Part shown: positions 1 through 13,760 of the stretch, piece by piece
How positions within the stretch are numbered: the first letter of the stretch is position 1
Layout of the letters: the number at the start of each line of letters is the position of its first letter
Assembly (NCBI RefSeq): GCF_001194135.2
Contig: NC_069002.1
Coordinates: 35,070,520 to 35,134,519 of the forward strand
Source of the DNA: Octopus bimaculoides
Taxonomy: Eukaryota
Length of the DNA: 64,000 bases
Reading direction: 5' to 3'
Notes under the pieces: model-generated
Database searches by the model: none
What the model saw: the letters and a program-made list of their open reading frames with translations, nothing else
What the model was told of the DNA's origin: nothing
Position numbers and translations under genes: made by a program

Positions 1-244
1 TTTAAACGTAAATCGGATGTATAATAAGCGAATTGCACGCCCGTATTTGAAGGAAGCTGACAGTTTGGTAAAACTGTGGATGAGTGGAAAGCAACCACAC
101 ATTACAAAATGCCACAATATATGTGTGTCTGTATGGGAGGGTTCGTGTGTTAAATGTTTATATATTTTTCTGAACGAAAAAATATATTCACATTTCACCA
201 TAAGTAACACTATGCACAGCCCTCTCTCTCCTCCTTCTGTCTCT

Positions 245-358
245 ATATACACACATAAATATATATATATTTTTATACACATAGATGCACTCCTTACTGT
301 ATGTGTGTGCGTATATAGATATATATATATATATATATGCACACATACATATATAGAT

Positions 359-423
<65 letters not shown>

Positions 424-460
424 GATTATAGTGTATATATATATATATATATATATATAT
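245..460. repeat. (AT)n/(AC)n microsatellite tract
   Basis: Direct dinucleotide repeats. One of dozens of similar tracts in the window. Confidence 0.95.
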
Positions 461-1350
461 TCATCTAAGCGTGTATAATTCCTGTGGATTTATTCGAGAT
501 TATTTCTTTGAATTGAAGCCGATCCTTCATTCAGTAAGAAATCTTTGATTTCATTCAAGACAGTTCATTAGATTTGTGCATACATACAATTCGAGTGTGC
601 ATATATGTACGTCTATTTATTTGTGTAGTTGTGTGTATATTGCACTTAGAAAACCCTACGATTTTTATGGTCGTATACAAATCTATTACTTCATAATCCG
701 CCGCACCTATGAAAAATAGTGCACATGAATGTCAATACTCTTCATGCCATAGCTCGAGTAACAAATATTCGCATCATCTATAATATTTGATGACCCATTT
801 GCTGAAGTTCAAAAGTTTCGCTCCATGTCCCATATAATATCGCACCTATCGCATTTAAGCCGAGCTACTTTCTTTGTTGGGAGGTTTAACCAGTGGTCTC
901 TGTTTTTGAAGGTGTCATATAGTGTGTTTGGTCTTGTTTTACTATGGCCAAGTGATCAGTCTCTTCTGCGTATAGTTTCGTAGGATTTTAGAAACTTTTA
1001 AATATAAAGCTAAGGATTTTTGTTTTACACTGGCAACGTCAAATTGACACATGCTATCACAAAGTAAATTTCTAAAGGTATCTGCATCTTAACTGTTGGT
1101 CAAATATATCGTATCTAACTCCTCGAGTGAAGGTACACACTTTCTAGGTGTGATGCATTTATACCAAATCTAAGGGAGGCTACTATTCCTGCAATGTTGC
1201 TATCCTGAAGCTAACGGGTGGATACAATTGTAGGAATTGTCTGTCACTGTGTATTAAGAAGCTTGCAACCGGACCACATGATCCCGACTTCAGTCCCTTG
1301 CATGGCAAGCCTTTTCCGAAAGAAATCATAAATGATTATAATAATAATTA

Positions 1351-1561
1351 TTATTTCTTTATTGCCCACAAGGGGCTAAACATAGAGGGGACAGACAAAC
1401 GGATTAAGTCGATTACATCGACCCAATGCGTAATTGGTACTTATTTAATCGACCCCGAAAGGATGAACGGCAAAGTCGACCTCGGCGGAATTTGAACTCA
1501 GAACGTAACGGCAGACGAAATACTGCTAAGCATTTCGCCCGGCGCGCTACCGGTTCTGCCA
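1351..1561 (-). mobile_element. tRNA-derived SINE, family A (long-tail variant), near full length
   Basis: The minus strand reads TGGCAGAACCGGTAG (A-box-like) ... GAGTTCAAATTCC (B-box-like) ... tail ending GGGCAATAAAGAAATAA. Many homologous copies occur in the window. Flanked by (AAT)n. Confidence 0.85.
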
Positions 1562-1594
1562 ATAATAATAATAATAATAAGCACGAGCAGTAAT

Positions 1595-2150
1595 AGTGGG
1601 GGAGCAATGACACGATGCAGCACCAGACAATGGCTCCCATGGTTTCTAATCTTAACTGATTGGAAGTGTTATCATGTACATTTTTTTTTGTCTTGGTATA
1701 AAAGATTGGCTACAGCAGATATTCTGCTCAGATATGCTTGTCAGTTGCCAGACCTTTACCAGTTGAGCATGCCCCTTAGCGGCTGATGGTATGTGCTTCC
1801 CTGATCACGAGCAGAAGTAGTGGAAGAGCCATCATAGACATGTCTTGAGAGGAATGTTTTGGGGTCTGAATAATTCACTTCTGGAAACATGGGTGTTTCG
1901 TTCAACATTCTTCAACAATCTTTATTGAGGGACCTTTTGAGCAAGATAGGCTACTCGACCGGAACAATTTTAACTGGGCACCATCTGCTAGCTCATGCAC
2001 TGTTTATCATGGTAGGAAATGACCATTTCGCGCGCATATCGTTGTGGCGTCTGGTGTGCGCTTATCAGACGGGTAGTCATGATGGGTATACTGGGCTTCG
2101 TATATTTTACCCCAGCTTCACTTTGATGGTATGCATTTCTCCATCACTCA
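1595..2150. mobile_element. Unclassified interspersed repeat, family D
   Basis: Clear homology to 28775-29295 and 35060-35435 (e.g. CCAGTTGAGCATG, TGATCACGAGCA, GGGTAGTCATG, CGTATATTTTACCC). Bounded by (AAT)n. Confidence 0.75.
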
Positions 2151-3084
2151 ATAATAATAATAATGACAGAACTACTAATATTACTACCGCATGAGTACTA
2201 CTGGTGGCAGCGGCAGTAAAACTAGCAACCGCAATGGTAGGAACCACAACATTTGCGAAAACCAAATAAAGTAAAAAAAAAAATTTAAAAAAAAAAATTA
2301 AAAATCAAAACATTAACATCAATGAATTTTCTAAATGTTTCATACATAATTACCGGAAATAATTTTTAAGAGAACATAGGCTTAATTTTTTTTTCCAATT
2401 AAATGAATTCGGAATAGATATGATTGAAATTCAAGTGAAAAATCACTTTTTCTTATCTGTACGTATATATGAATTATTATCTTATATCAAAAATATATTT
2501 CTCTATCTAAAAAATATATCTTTCATTTTTTTCCTTTACTTCTTTTTTGCGTTGTATTTGCTTCGATGAATGCATTCTAGCTGATCACTCATTACTATTC
2601 CTTCCAAACGATTTATCTCTACCAAACTGAAGTCATATTAATTATGTTAACACGAACTATGCTTTTGATTTTATAAACGAAATATCAAGCGCTGCATAAT
2701 ATAATTTTTACATTATTTTGCGTTAAATATTTACAAACGAGATATGTAGATATATACACTATATATATATGTATGTGTGTGTGTGTTTGTATGCGGTTGT
2801 GTACTGTATAAATGTGTAGATAATTTGAGTTTGTAATGTGTAGTATGGACATCCATATGTCAGGTGAGCGAGTTTATAGCGAGATGCAACAACTTATCTT
2901 ATGAAGCACTGACTAAAATTTTTCATGAAATTTAAAACATATCTAATTGCGTACTGATTTATGCTTGCATATGTATCGGTGATTGGATATCTGTGTGTGT
3001 ATATGCACACGTATATACATGCTGAAATAATTGGTACATGTACATCTGTGTTTTCTTACTGGTGTATGTACTTATACACACGCG

Positions 3085-3152
<68 letters not shown>

Positions 3153-3187
3153 ACGCGTGTATGTATATATATATATATAAATATGTG

Positions 3188-3234
<47 letters not shown>

Positions 3235-3264
3235 TCGTGTGCACCCGCACGCGTACGCGTGCTC

Positions 3265-3605
3265 TCGAGTTTGTCATCTCGAAATAACTTCGTGAAACTA
3301 TTTTGCTTGCATGACTTCGTACATGACTTTTCATGCCTCCTTTCGACTTCATCACTTTGTCACACATGTTGCACTTCAAACTGTGTTGTGGGAGCAACTT
3401 CATTTGCTTCATATATCATCATGTTACCCCAGGTTGCTCTTGAAACCAGCAATGGACTGACAGGTTCTTCGAAATATTTCGATTTGGCTATCTTTGTTTG
3501 CACATTTTGAATTTATGACACACACGTGACCTGTAATGTGCACGTTTTCAGCCATGTGCATATTTCTTGAGTGCTAAACCTGCATGTCACCACATTCCCA
3601 TCGCC
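3265..3605 (-). pseudogene. Decayed 3' end of a LINE ORF2 (RTE-like) with C2H2 zinc-finger motifs
   Basis: The minus strand gives CNMCDKVMKSKGGMKSHVRSH (intact C2H2). Upstream in another frame is a degenerate finger, RRTCQSIAGFKSNLG*H. The stops and frameshift fit a retroelement relic. Confidence 0.55.
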
Positions 3606-3684
3606 ATTTATCTATTATATATATATATATATATATGTATATGTATATATATATGTATATATATGTGTATATATATATATATAA

Positions 3685-3762
3685 GTAGGCGTCGCTGTGT
3701 GGTAAGAAGCTTGCTTCCCAACCGCATGGTTCATGGTTCAGTCCCTTTGCGTGGCACCTTGG
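3685..3762 (+). mobile_element. SINE family C, tRNA-like head fragment
   Basis: GCTGTGTGGTAAGAAGCTTGCTTCCCAACC...GGTTCAGTCCC...GTGGCACCTTGG is shared with 16873-17037, 54030-54193 and 61911-62307. Confidence 0.8.
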
Positions 3763-3796
3763 ATCTGATTGACGGAGATAGATAGATAGATGTGTG

Positions 3797-3832
<36 letters not shown>

Positions 3833-5696
3833 TTCTGAAATATTACAGCTCTTCCGCTAGCATGTGTACCTACATCGAACTTGAGCGTTTGTCATGCACC
3901 AGATAATAATCTGAATAAATAATTAATGCGAAACTATATTCAATTTAAAGTTGCAATTCCAGTATTTCTGATAAGATGTTATGCAAGGAGCCTCTGAGGG
4001 CCCTAACCTCACGACCATTCCAGAAATACCGAGCGGATAAAATGAATAGATGGATTTTAAGTGATGGCCGCTTCAGCGTGAAATAATTAGCTATGCTACC
4101 ACCTATCTACATTCATGAGTACACGTTTATTACATAGCTCCGCAACAATGACATACTTGATTTGTTTATCTCTTTCACTTGCAGTCATAAGTGCCCTTGA
4201 ATCACAGCACTTCATACGCCTGGTCAGATATTTCTAAACGCTGAAATGATTTCTTTTTCGAGAAGGTTTCAGCCAAAATTTATTTCAACTATTTGCCCCG
4301 TAACGGAAGTTGTTGCTTTGGGAGATCGTTGTTTTGATAATGCAAGATCCATTGAATTACCACATATACACTATTAAGCCTTTCGATATACATACGCACA
4401 AAAGGCGCTCACAAACACTCAGATGCACACGTACACACATATATCTTAGAGAGAGAGGGAGAGAGTGGAAATAATGAGAGAGATTTTGCATATATAGTTT
4501 CATGCATATATATTTCGTGTACATACACGCAGCTTGATAAAGTTTCATGCAACTCGGGTAGTTTTTAACATCAACATTATAGAGATTTCAAATCGTACTA
4601 AGAGGAAAATATTTCACAAGCTCATGACAACGTACGTGCCCTATATTTGTTGTTGTTTCCTCTACAAATATCGGTAGATGTATGAAATGGTGTACCTGGA
4701 CTCTTCTTCAATGAAACTATATCAATCAGAATCGGTGTCTTTGGTATAGGAGATAAAATGACCATGATTGGATTTCGGACTACTATTCACAGAATGCAAC
4801 ATCGGAAAATTATCTTAAACGGCCCACAAGTTTTGACAGCAGTCTCTATATATTTTATACGTTTTTCAAAGCCCAACTCGCTACTGAAAACTCCACTGAT
4901 TTAGTTCTTCTATAAAATTTGTGCAAATATTCATCAACGAAAATTATAGCCTATTAGTATTTGAAGGGAAAAGTGAGAGAACCTGACATAAAAACTCAGC
5001 ATATCAGATAAGTTTTTACATCAGCAGTAATGATGTTGTATGATGTATTCTGAATTTTCCCATTTAGGAGTAATAATGCAGGATTATGCATCTGAAATTC
5101 GATTTAGTGAATGAGGAAAGAACTTAATTCACAAAAGAAACACCCGTACACCAATTACACAATCAATCTGGAGCCAAACTAATAGCGTTCTTTGGATTTT
5201 TCAAATGTGAGGTCTATCAGAGGAATATTATCAACTACCATGTTCCCAAATATTAAATCTGGGAATGAGTGAAGGAAAATAGTAAGATATCAGTGGGTAA
5301 CTATCTGTAGCCAAAATCATACAAGAAGCGATACGTACCAAATTAATACCGAAAACCTTCATCTTACCATAAGTGAAGCATATCTCTCTGGATTTTCTAT
5401 TAAATTCAGATCCAGTACTTTAATGTACAACGTTTCGTTAACAAATACGTCTATGCAAAGAAAGCGATTGAAGATAGAAAACGATAAATAATGGGTATAT
5501 ACGCATATTTCTAGGGTTATTGTTCTTTCATCGCAGATCAGCTAATCCATAAAATCCATCAAAGGACAATAATCCTTGAAATACGCATGTAACCGCTATA
5601 TTGTTTCTTTTTTTTTGTTCTAACTTTTACAAAGACGCATCTGTTTACGAAACGACGTAATTGACAGTGCTACCTCTGAAATCTATAGATATAAAC

Positions 5697-5779
<83 letters not shown>

Positions 5780-7136
5780 CAGATACACTTGCATACATAA
5801 ATACTATAATTTAAAAGATTCTTAACTGCTGTATAGATCACGAGGGTTTGTTTCTTACGGTGATAAGAGCATCGCCAAACCACGTTGTTTACAATATATG
5901 ATTAAATGCATTACGCTGCGGGTTACCCAAGAGTTTATGTTTAAGAAAGAGATACCAGATAGCGGTACTGTATACAGTATGTCTAAAAACTGAAGAGAGA
6001 ATTTCAAGTTAAATTTCTTTGATAATTACTATTCTGAATGGGAGAGGTAGATGGATATCAACCATTTACGAAATACACAGCCAGATCCTCTTATCGCCAT
6101 ACGGGTGCACCACTTGCTAAAATTAAATCTTAATCCGTTAAGGAGGCTGCGTTTGTCTGCCTAAGACCTTATTGCATGCACACACTCGCACGCAACATGG
6201 TCTCAGTCAGATACACGTGGTATCCGTAACGGACTACGAAGAAAGTCATTGAAAAGGTTTCCAGTAGCAACGAAAGTGCTGTAGTAAATAATACCAAAAC
6301 AAATGAGTTAGTATTTAACTAAATTAGACAGAGAATCGATTAATTAGATGCATGTTTAAACAATTGACTAATAATAAAAGGCGTGGAATTGAACCAGAGC
6401 GTGTGTTAATAATATCGGCATAATCACTCTACCTAGATACGACGAAATTCGTTTCAACACACGAATTCACATAAAGTGCCTTGCAATACAAATACAAGAA
6501 CGAAGAAGAATAACATTAGCAATAAAATGAAAAGCAGAATATAGAAGATATATAAAAGTTGGTGAAAGGAGATTTAGATGCATGTCATCATAGGAATTAT
6601 TCCGATGTCTGTTAACGGAATACGAACCAAGATAAGAAAAGCATCGATGCTAATATATAATTTGAAGTTAACAAACTTTCAAAATTGAAAACAAAATTTT
6701 CGTAATAAAAATCGAAAGGAGAAAAACAACACCACCAGAAATGCGAGAATTAATACATATGTGGTGTTATAACAAAAGACAGTATCATTTTAGCGTCATT
6801 AATGAAACCAATATTACTACTCAATATACAAGTGAGAGACAAAGCAAAGATTTGATCAAAATTATTAATGACATACACGATATTCGCATTAAGAATGTCT
6901 TTATTGACCCGAGTTCTTTTTCTCAGTTATTTTATTTCTTTTGGTTTTTTGTTAGTGAATGTTCTTTTTGGTTACGATATTTGTATGTATTGAGTAGAAC
7001 ATTCAACTATAAAAAAAATTGAAGAGGTATATACAGATACATAATAACATACACACACGTACATAAGACATATACGTATGAAAATATGCATACATACGCA
7101 TTTATATAGATACACATGCATACGTATATACACATA

Positions 7137-7171
<35 letters not shown>

Positions 7172-7181
7172 NNNNNNNNNN

Positions 7182-7225
<44 letters not shown>

Positions 7226-7366
7226 AATATGTATACAATATATGTATTATGTATATGCATATGTGTGTGCGTACATACACACATATATATGTATATATAT
7301 ATATATATGCCAATATGTATACAATATATGTATATGCATATATGTGTGTGCGTACATACACACATA

Positions 7367-7427
<61 letters not shown>

Positions 7428-7689
7428 TTATGTATTTGTATGTAAATATATACATATACGTATACACACATATTTATGTATATGTATATATATTTCTATC
7501 TATCTATCTATCTATGTATATATATATGCATTGTATGTATGCATCCATGTGTGTATACATGTGAGTGTATTTAAGATAGATAAATATGATATTTCTTAAA
7601 AAGTAACTGTTTGAGTGAATCAAGTATGACAGTGAATAAAAGTAGTCATTGGATATTTGAAATGCTCTCACTGATATGACGTATATCAG

Positions 7690-7849
7690 TGATGACAGAG
7701 AGAATGGCTGCTAGCAAAGAAACACTGACGTGCAGACGTACAGATTGTTATCAAAATCGCCAATCGCGCATACAGGGATGCATCCGAATCACACACATAT
7801 TGAAAAATGATAATTATTATAAAAAGAACATCCCTCCTAAACCTGGCAG
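7690..7849 (+). CDS. Candidate coding exon (unverified)
   Basis: TATCAG acceptor and CAG|GTGACT donor. Open frame MTERMAASKETLTCRRTDCYQNRQSRIQGCIRITHILKNDNYYKKNIPPKPG, phase 1 to 2. No recognisable domain. Confidence 0.15.
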
Positions 7850-7989
7850 GTGACTGTAAACTGAGTTTGCTTTTTTTTATATATATATATTTCATTTATT
7901 GATTTATGTATTGGTTACAATCAATGTCTTTTGACTATATTATAAATACATTCACATGCGCGTATACTTACACTCGTGTAAGCATATTG

Positions 7990-8370
7990 TGTTGGCACTC
8001 CGTCCCTTACGACGTCGAGGGTTCCAGTTGATCTGATCAACGGAACAGCCTGCTCGCGAAATTAACGTGCAAGTGGCTGAGCACTCCACAGACACGTGTA
8101 CCCTTAACGTAGTTCTCGGGGAGATTCAGCATGACACAGTGTGTGACAAGGCTGGCCCCTTTGAAATACAGGTACAACAGAAACAGGAAGTAAGAGTGAG
8201 AGAAAGATGTGGTGGAAGAGTACAGCAGGGTTCGCCACCATCCCCTGTCGGAGCCTCGTGGGGCTTTAGGTGGTTTCGCTCAATAAACACTCACAACGCC
8301 CGGTCTGGGAATCAAAACCGCGATCCTATGACCGCGAGTCCGCTGCCCTAACCACTGGGTCATTGCGCCT
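7990..8370 (-). mobile_element. tRNA-derived SINE, family B (tail X), full length
   Basis: The minus strand begins AGGCGCAATGACCCAGTGGTTAGGG...GGTTTTGATTCCC (tRNA-like head). Highly similar to 20288-20632. Confidence 0.9.
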
Positions 8371-8549
8371 GCACTGTACAAGTATAAGCACGCATTAATC
8401 ACACATTGTACCTGTAGCGTTTTACATTTCTCTACTACGATACTGAAACACATTGACAGCCACGTTCGAGTATCGCTGTTAATGTGTTTCAGCGGATTGT
8501 TCGGCCTCCAGATATTAGAATGGCACGTGGTTAACAATTGAGCATCCAT

Positions 8550-9240
8550 AGCGCTGACAATTTTGGGATCATTAAGCACCAAGGTTTAGCTGAATGGCGG
8601 AAAATTTGTTCGGACTCAGAAAACATGTGGCGCATTAGATTTAGTAGACGATTTGAATAGCAAATTTGTGTCCGGCAAACATTGTGTGGAAGAACAAAAT
8701 GTGGTAGAGGGCTACATACCTTCACAAATATACTCAGAACGTAAGAGCAGACGAAATTCCGCTTAGCATTTCGCCCGGCGCGCTAACGTTTCTGCCAGCT
8801 TGCCACGTGCTAATGATTCTGCCAACTTTCCACCTTTAATGATTCTCTAATATTGATCTCATTGAACGTTGTCAGTCAACTGCAAAAGACGACGAGCGAA
8901 TTGAACATACCGCTTGTGTACTTGAATATGAGAAGGCTGCCAACCCTATGGAATACCCACTGTTCTTTCGTTTCAGCCATAGCAAAAATCGGTGGACAAG
9001 GGAGAAACATTGCAGAGAAAATATGCGCCATGTGACAGTAATACTCTAACGAACAACGCCGGGCCGCAGACTGATGACTGATGGCCGCATCAAGTGAATT
9101 TCAGTGCTGAAAGCCTGCTCTACAAAGGGTTTGTCCTACAGAGCAGGTTTCCAGTTACTTTTCGGTACCACCTTGTCTATGTCAGCGATACACATTTTGA
9201 TGAGTATGCAACGCTCATACCGCACCGGAAGTCGAAGTCA
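8550..9240 (+). pseudogene. Decayed reverse-transcriptase fragment, RTE-clade LINE
   Basis: Frameshifted peptides resemble consecutive RT motifs. EEQ/CG-RG ~ ESQCGFRRGR. SQLQKTTSELNIPL ~ RQLQEKCxEQNIPL. VLEYEKAANPME ~ FVDYEKAFDSVE. LLFGTTLS ~ TLFGIFFS. RSYRTGS ~ IRYRTDG. Interrupted by a SINE head. Confidence 0.5.
8732..8805 (-). mobile_element. SINE family A head fragment
   Basis: ACTCAGAACGTAA...GACGAAATTCCGCTTAGCATTTCGCCCGGCGCGCTAACGTTTCTGCCAGCT matches 1497-1561. Confidence 0.85.
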
Positions 9241-9443
9241 AAACGGAAATAAAAAAAGTCGTTTACTTATTTATATAAAGAAATAACATCATGTCGACAA
9301 TGATCAATATACCCCCCTTCCCCCATATGTATGTGTGTGTGTAAATACAATACACAATTATGCAAAGCACAATGTAAACATACACACACATACACACCCA
9401 TATATTTACATGTATGTAACTTCATACATTTTAAATACATACT

Positions 9444-9479
<36 letters not shown>

Positions 9480-9589
9480 AACGAACACACAGTCAATAGC
9501 AAACAAATAATGACAAGAAGATAAAGGTGAGGACAATGGGATATTGAAAATTCGACACACAAAACAACAGCAATAATAATATTGCTATT

Positions 9590-9665
9590 AATAATGATAA
9601 TGATGATGATGAGTGTGATGATGATGATGGTGATGACGACGGTAATGGTGATGATGATGATTTAG
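9590..9665. repeat. (GAT)n trinucleotide microsatellite
   Basis: Direct repeats. Confidence 0.9.
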
Positions 9666-10168
9666 AAAGAAGACAAGTCGAGGATGAAGAGACAGAAAAC
9701 AAATACAGTAAAGAATGTTGTGTAAACACTGTTAATAGAAATTCTTATGTTTCGAGTATTTATCATAGAAAGCAATGATCGACTTCAATGATTGCAAATT
9801 TAACAGCGATATTGTTTCCTGTTTTCCGTCTAAAATTTTCCTCCGTCAATGTGCTCTCTTTATCATCATCCGGACGTTAGATTTCCGGAAGTCATATTTC
9901 CGAGAGGAAAATAAATAAAATAAAAAAACATCTAAAAAGCATATAATCTAAAAGTAAAAATTAAACAGGAAATAAAAAATATTGAAATCCAATTAAAATA
10001 AGAAAGAAAAATACAAAACAGAAGGGAAGACAATATGAAAATGCAAACATTATTTTCAGAATGGAAATGATAGCAATTTCAAATTAAGAAATGTTCGAGT
10101 AGTCTGACACACGTACATGCACAGGGTGGCAGGCTCAGGCATCTACATATATATACATCCGTGTGTGT

Positions 10169-10230
<62 letters not shown>

Positions 10231-10683
10231 NNNNNNNNNNNNNNNNNNNNNNNNNNNNNNNNNNNNNNNNNNNNNNNNNNNNNNNNNNNNNNNNNNNNNN
10301 NNNNNNNNNNNNNNNNNNNNNNNNNNNNNNNNNNNNNNNNNNNNNNNNNNNNNNNNNNNNNNNNNNNNNNNNNNNNNNNNNNNNNNNNNNNNNNNNNNNN
10401 NNNNNNNNNNNNNNNNNNNNNNNNNNNNNNNNNNNNNNNNNNNNNNNNNNNNNNNNNNNNNNNNNNNNNNNNNNNNNNNNNNNNNNNNNNNNNNNNNNNN
10501 NNNNNNNNNNNNNNNNNNNNNNNNNNNNNNNNNNNNNNNNNNNNNNNNNNNNNNNNNNNNNNNNNNNNNNNNNNNNNNNNNNNNNNNNNNNNNNNNNNNN
10601 NNNNNNNNNNNNNNNNNNNNNNNNNNNNNNNNNNNNNNNNNNNNNNNNNNNNNNNNNNNNNNNNNNNNNNNNNNNNNNNNNNN

Positions 10684-10733
<50 letters not shown>

Positions 10734-11944
10734 TGCAGACATACATACTGATGCATGAAGTGACAGTCTCCACCTTTCCTCCTTTCCTTAAATACCGGTT
10801 TGCACGCGCGTATAGATCGATACATACATACAGAGACAGATACCTAAAGAAATTCTACGAAAAACTTACATAGACTCCTACATGAAATTTATTAATATCA
10901 GTCACCCCCAAGCGTTCATCCATAAACTCTTTCACTATAAATATTTTAATAAACACAATAATGAAAAACCTTCATAAGCTCTTTCAGTAAAACATTAAAC
11001 TTATTCACTGAAAATATCCGTTGACTCAAACGGAGGAAATGATATATATTACAAGACAGTTGACGTTTATATTCCCTTGAGACGAAACATTTTAAAGATT
11101 TTTAAAGATGCTTGTCTTCAGCAAGAAACGGTCAGTATTTCTTCTATCTATTCCGTTACAGTTGGTTATTATTTGCAGCTTATTCTTATTTATGTCTGCA
11201 GATACGTTCAGATTTATTGTTACTTCAAAGGAAAATCTAGTTAACAAAACTCTGAAGAAAAATAATGTAATTAAATTAAGCATACAGTTGAGATTTACTG
11301 AATTTACTTCGGAGGAAATTGTAAGCGAAGATGTGTAACGACGATACTAATATCTCTGATATATGACAAAACAAATCTTCACACTAGATGTTGTTTATTT
11401 TATTGTTTTTTGTCCTGATTTCTCTTGAAGAACTGAAAGAATGATTCCTAACTTATGCACACGGCTATATAATTCACCCGGTTCTTATTTTTATTGACTT
11501 CAGACTGACGTAATAGAAGTCAAAGACGGAGAATATGCGTAGCTAGAATCTTAAAATATCGGAAAATCTATCAATTCTGCCATCTCTCGCCCTCTCTCTT
11601 CTATCTCCACTCTCTCCCATAGTCTCTGACTTTCTCTTCCTCTCCTTATCTGTCACCTTCTCGCTTCCTTTCTCTTTGTTTGCCTTTCTATCTCTTCCTC
11701 TCTCTCATCCTTTCCCCTCTATCCCCCCTCTCTCTCTCCCTCCTCATGTGTCATACTGAGACAAACGTTAATGATTTTTGAGCTTCCTGTCAAAGTCTGA
11801 AAGATATATAGTTTTTAAGAGGTATATTCCGTTTCGCTTGCAGTTTATTCTGCTAGTCTTCCACTCTTAAGAACTTACTACTGAAGCAAGAGCATTAAGC
11901 AGTTAGAATTAGTACTGTGCTAAGAAATAGAGAACCGTGCTAAC

Positions 11945-12120
11945 GATTCTTCGAGCGAGCAGAAAGGTTAGCAGTCCGAGCAAAATGTCTAACGTTATTT
12001 CTGTATTCAAATTCCGCCGCATTTGATTTTGCCTTTCATCGTCTTGGGATCTCCAAGGATAAATACTAGTTGAGCACCGGAATCGATGTTGTTGGGACAA
12101 AATTTGAAGCGAATATTAGA
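11945..12120 (+). mobile_element. Decayed SINE family A (short-tail variant)
   Basis: GCAGAAAGGTTAGCAGTCCGAGCAAAATG...TTCAAATTCCGCCG...TTGCCTTTCATC. Confidence 0.65.
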
Positions 12121-12329
12121 GACATGTGCGTTTATGCATGGTGTATGTATTTATGATCCACTGTAAAAACCGATCGCTCGGTGAGTATTCTGTGTTGTAA
12201 TTACAGTCGTCACTTGTGGAGGATTGATTATCATATACCATACTTTTGCAGAGATAGACGGACTCTCTCCTTTCTGCCCATTCAAACTGTTTTATAATCG
12301 TGATGCTAGACGAGGAAAAATAGAGCGTT

Positions 12330-12470
12330 AAGCCAGCATCATTCTGGTGTTCCTATTGTGGCCTGAGTGGAATGCAACAACGTGAAATGAATTCTTCCTG
12401 TGAGGTGGTTGGTATAGTAATCGAAATCACGATATTACGATCATTCTTCTAACTACTAAGCCGCCACAAT
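12330..12470 (-). mobile_element. Decayed SINE with CORE-like central domain
   Basis: CTGAGTGGAATGCAACAACGTGAAATG...AATCGAAATCACGATATTACGATC...CTAACTACTAAGCC. Similar to the middle and head of 34141-34440. Confidence 0.5.
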
Positions 12471-13639
12471 CTTTAATTATACAAAATGTGTTTGTTTACT
12501 GACGCCATGACCCATATTTAAAAGAAAAAAAACAACGTAGACCCAATAATGGACGTATGAGGTGACCAGTATGCATTGTATTAACCTGTGCTTATTATAA
12601 ACCAATGAATGTAAAGTTTTGAAAACCTATCCATTGTAACTCCCGCTGCACTTCATAAATTTTACGTTACCTCCAGGCGCTACTTCAAACTGCTAGAAAT
12701 ATTACTGAGGTTCAATATTTTATTCTACAGTCTACGGTATGGGCAATTTGAATCATAAAACATGATTTCAGTATCGCTGAAGGACAAGTCGCCAGTGACA
12801 AGTATTTAACTGATATACTTTTATTAATCAGACACATACACGTTAGACTTCATTAACTCCCCTTAAGTACATAACAAAAGGGAATTTTTATACACAATCA
12901 GCAACATAAATGTCACACTTCATTAACTATTTTGGCAGACATCTGACAATGAGATACTTGATACGATGTACACTGTTGGATAATAAATATTTGATATCGC
13001 TTGCTATACTGTTTGAATAATGATTGGAATGAAGCTAACGCGTGTGTCTTCCACAAAGTCAAAATAATCATCTCACTCTACTTCCTTAAATATTACCAAA
13101 ATGAAGAGATTGAGATGTTTATTTTGAACCTTTGGAAGACACACGAAGTGTCGAAATATTGTTCACTCGATAACAGTCGCATTCTTCTTATTGTTTCTTT
13201 ACTTTCTTGTGGAGTAGCATCAATCCTTTATTATTATTAATTTTATTAGCTTCATTATTATCAGTTATACTAACCACATTTTCAGTATCAACCTATTTAG
13301 ACCTATCATTATTAATTATATATTCATCTTCAATACTTAGTTTTTTGCTCATCACATTTCTATCATTATTCCTGTTGCTTTGTTAAAAAAAGATTGCTTA
13401 ATGTATTTATTTCTAATTCTTTTTTATTTTTACTAATTCTCCCTCTTAAGTTACAAATTATCCAATATGCTTTCATTTCTGGGAATTATCATTATTCTGG
13501 ATATATATAATATTTTTTTTCTTTTTATCCAGCTTTAAATAATACGTGCGTTTATTAATTTTGATTTGGTTTAAATACATTCTCATTAGCCGCAAGTTTT
13601 GAAATACGAGTAGATATATTTCCCGTCTTCCATATTTAC

Positions 13640-13760
13640 TCACAAATCATTGGTCGGCGCAGCACTATAGCAGTTCTATAGGAGAGACAGAGACATCTTG
13701 TCGAAATTCCAAGCGGTAAGACTAAAAACGAAATCTTATGGTGATAAAAAACCACATTCA
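13640..13760 (-). mobile_element. Highly decayed SINE family C
   Basis: CACAAATCATTGGTCGGCGCAGCACTATAG...GACATCTTG. Weak similarity to 16873-17037. Confidence 0.4.

Noticed and set aside
8067-8351. Two near-identical ORFs (8067-8351 and 20154-20594, QVAEHSTDTCTLNVVLG...) suggesting a duplicated gene
   Set aside because: Both are antisense readings of family B SINE copies.
8340-8370. tRNA-like A/B boxes in SINE heads as possible tRNA genes
   Set aside because: They continue into SINE bodies and no complete cloverleaf is evident.
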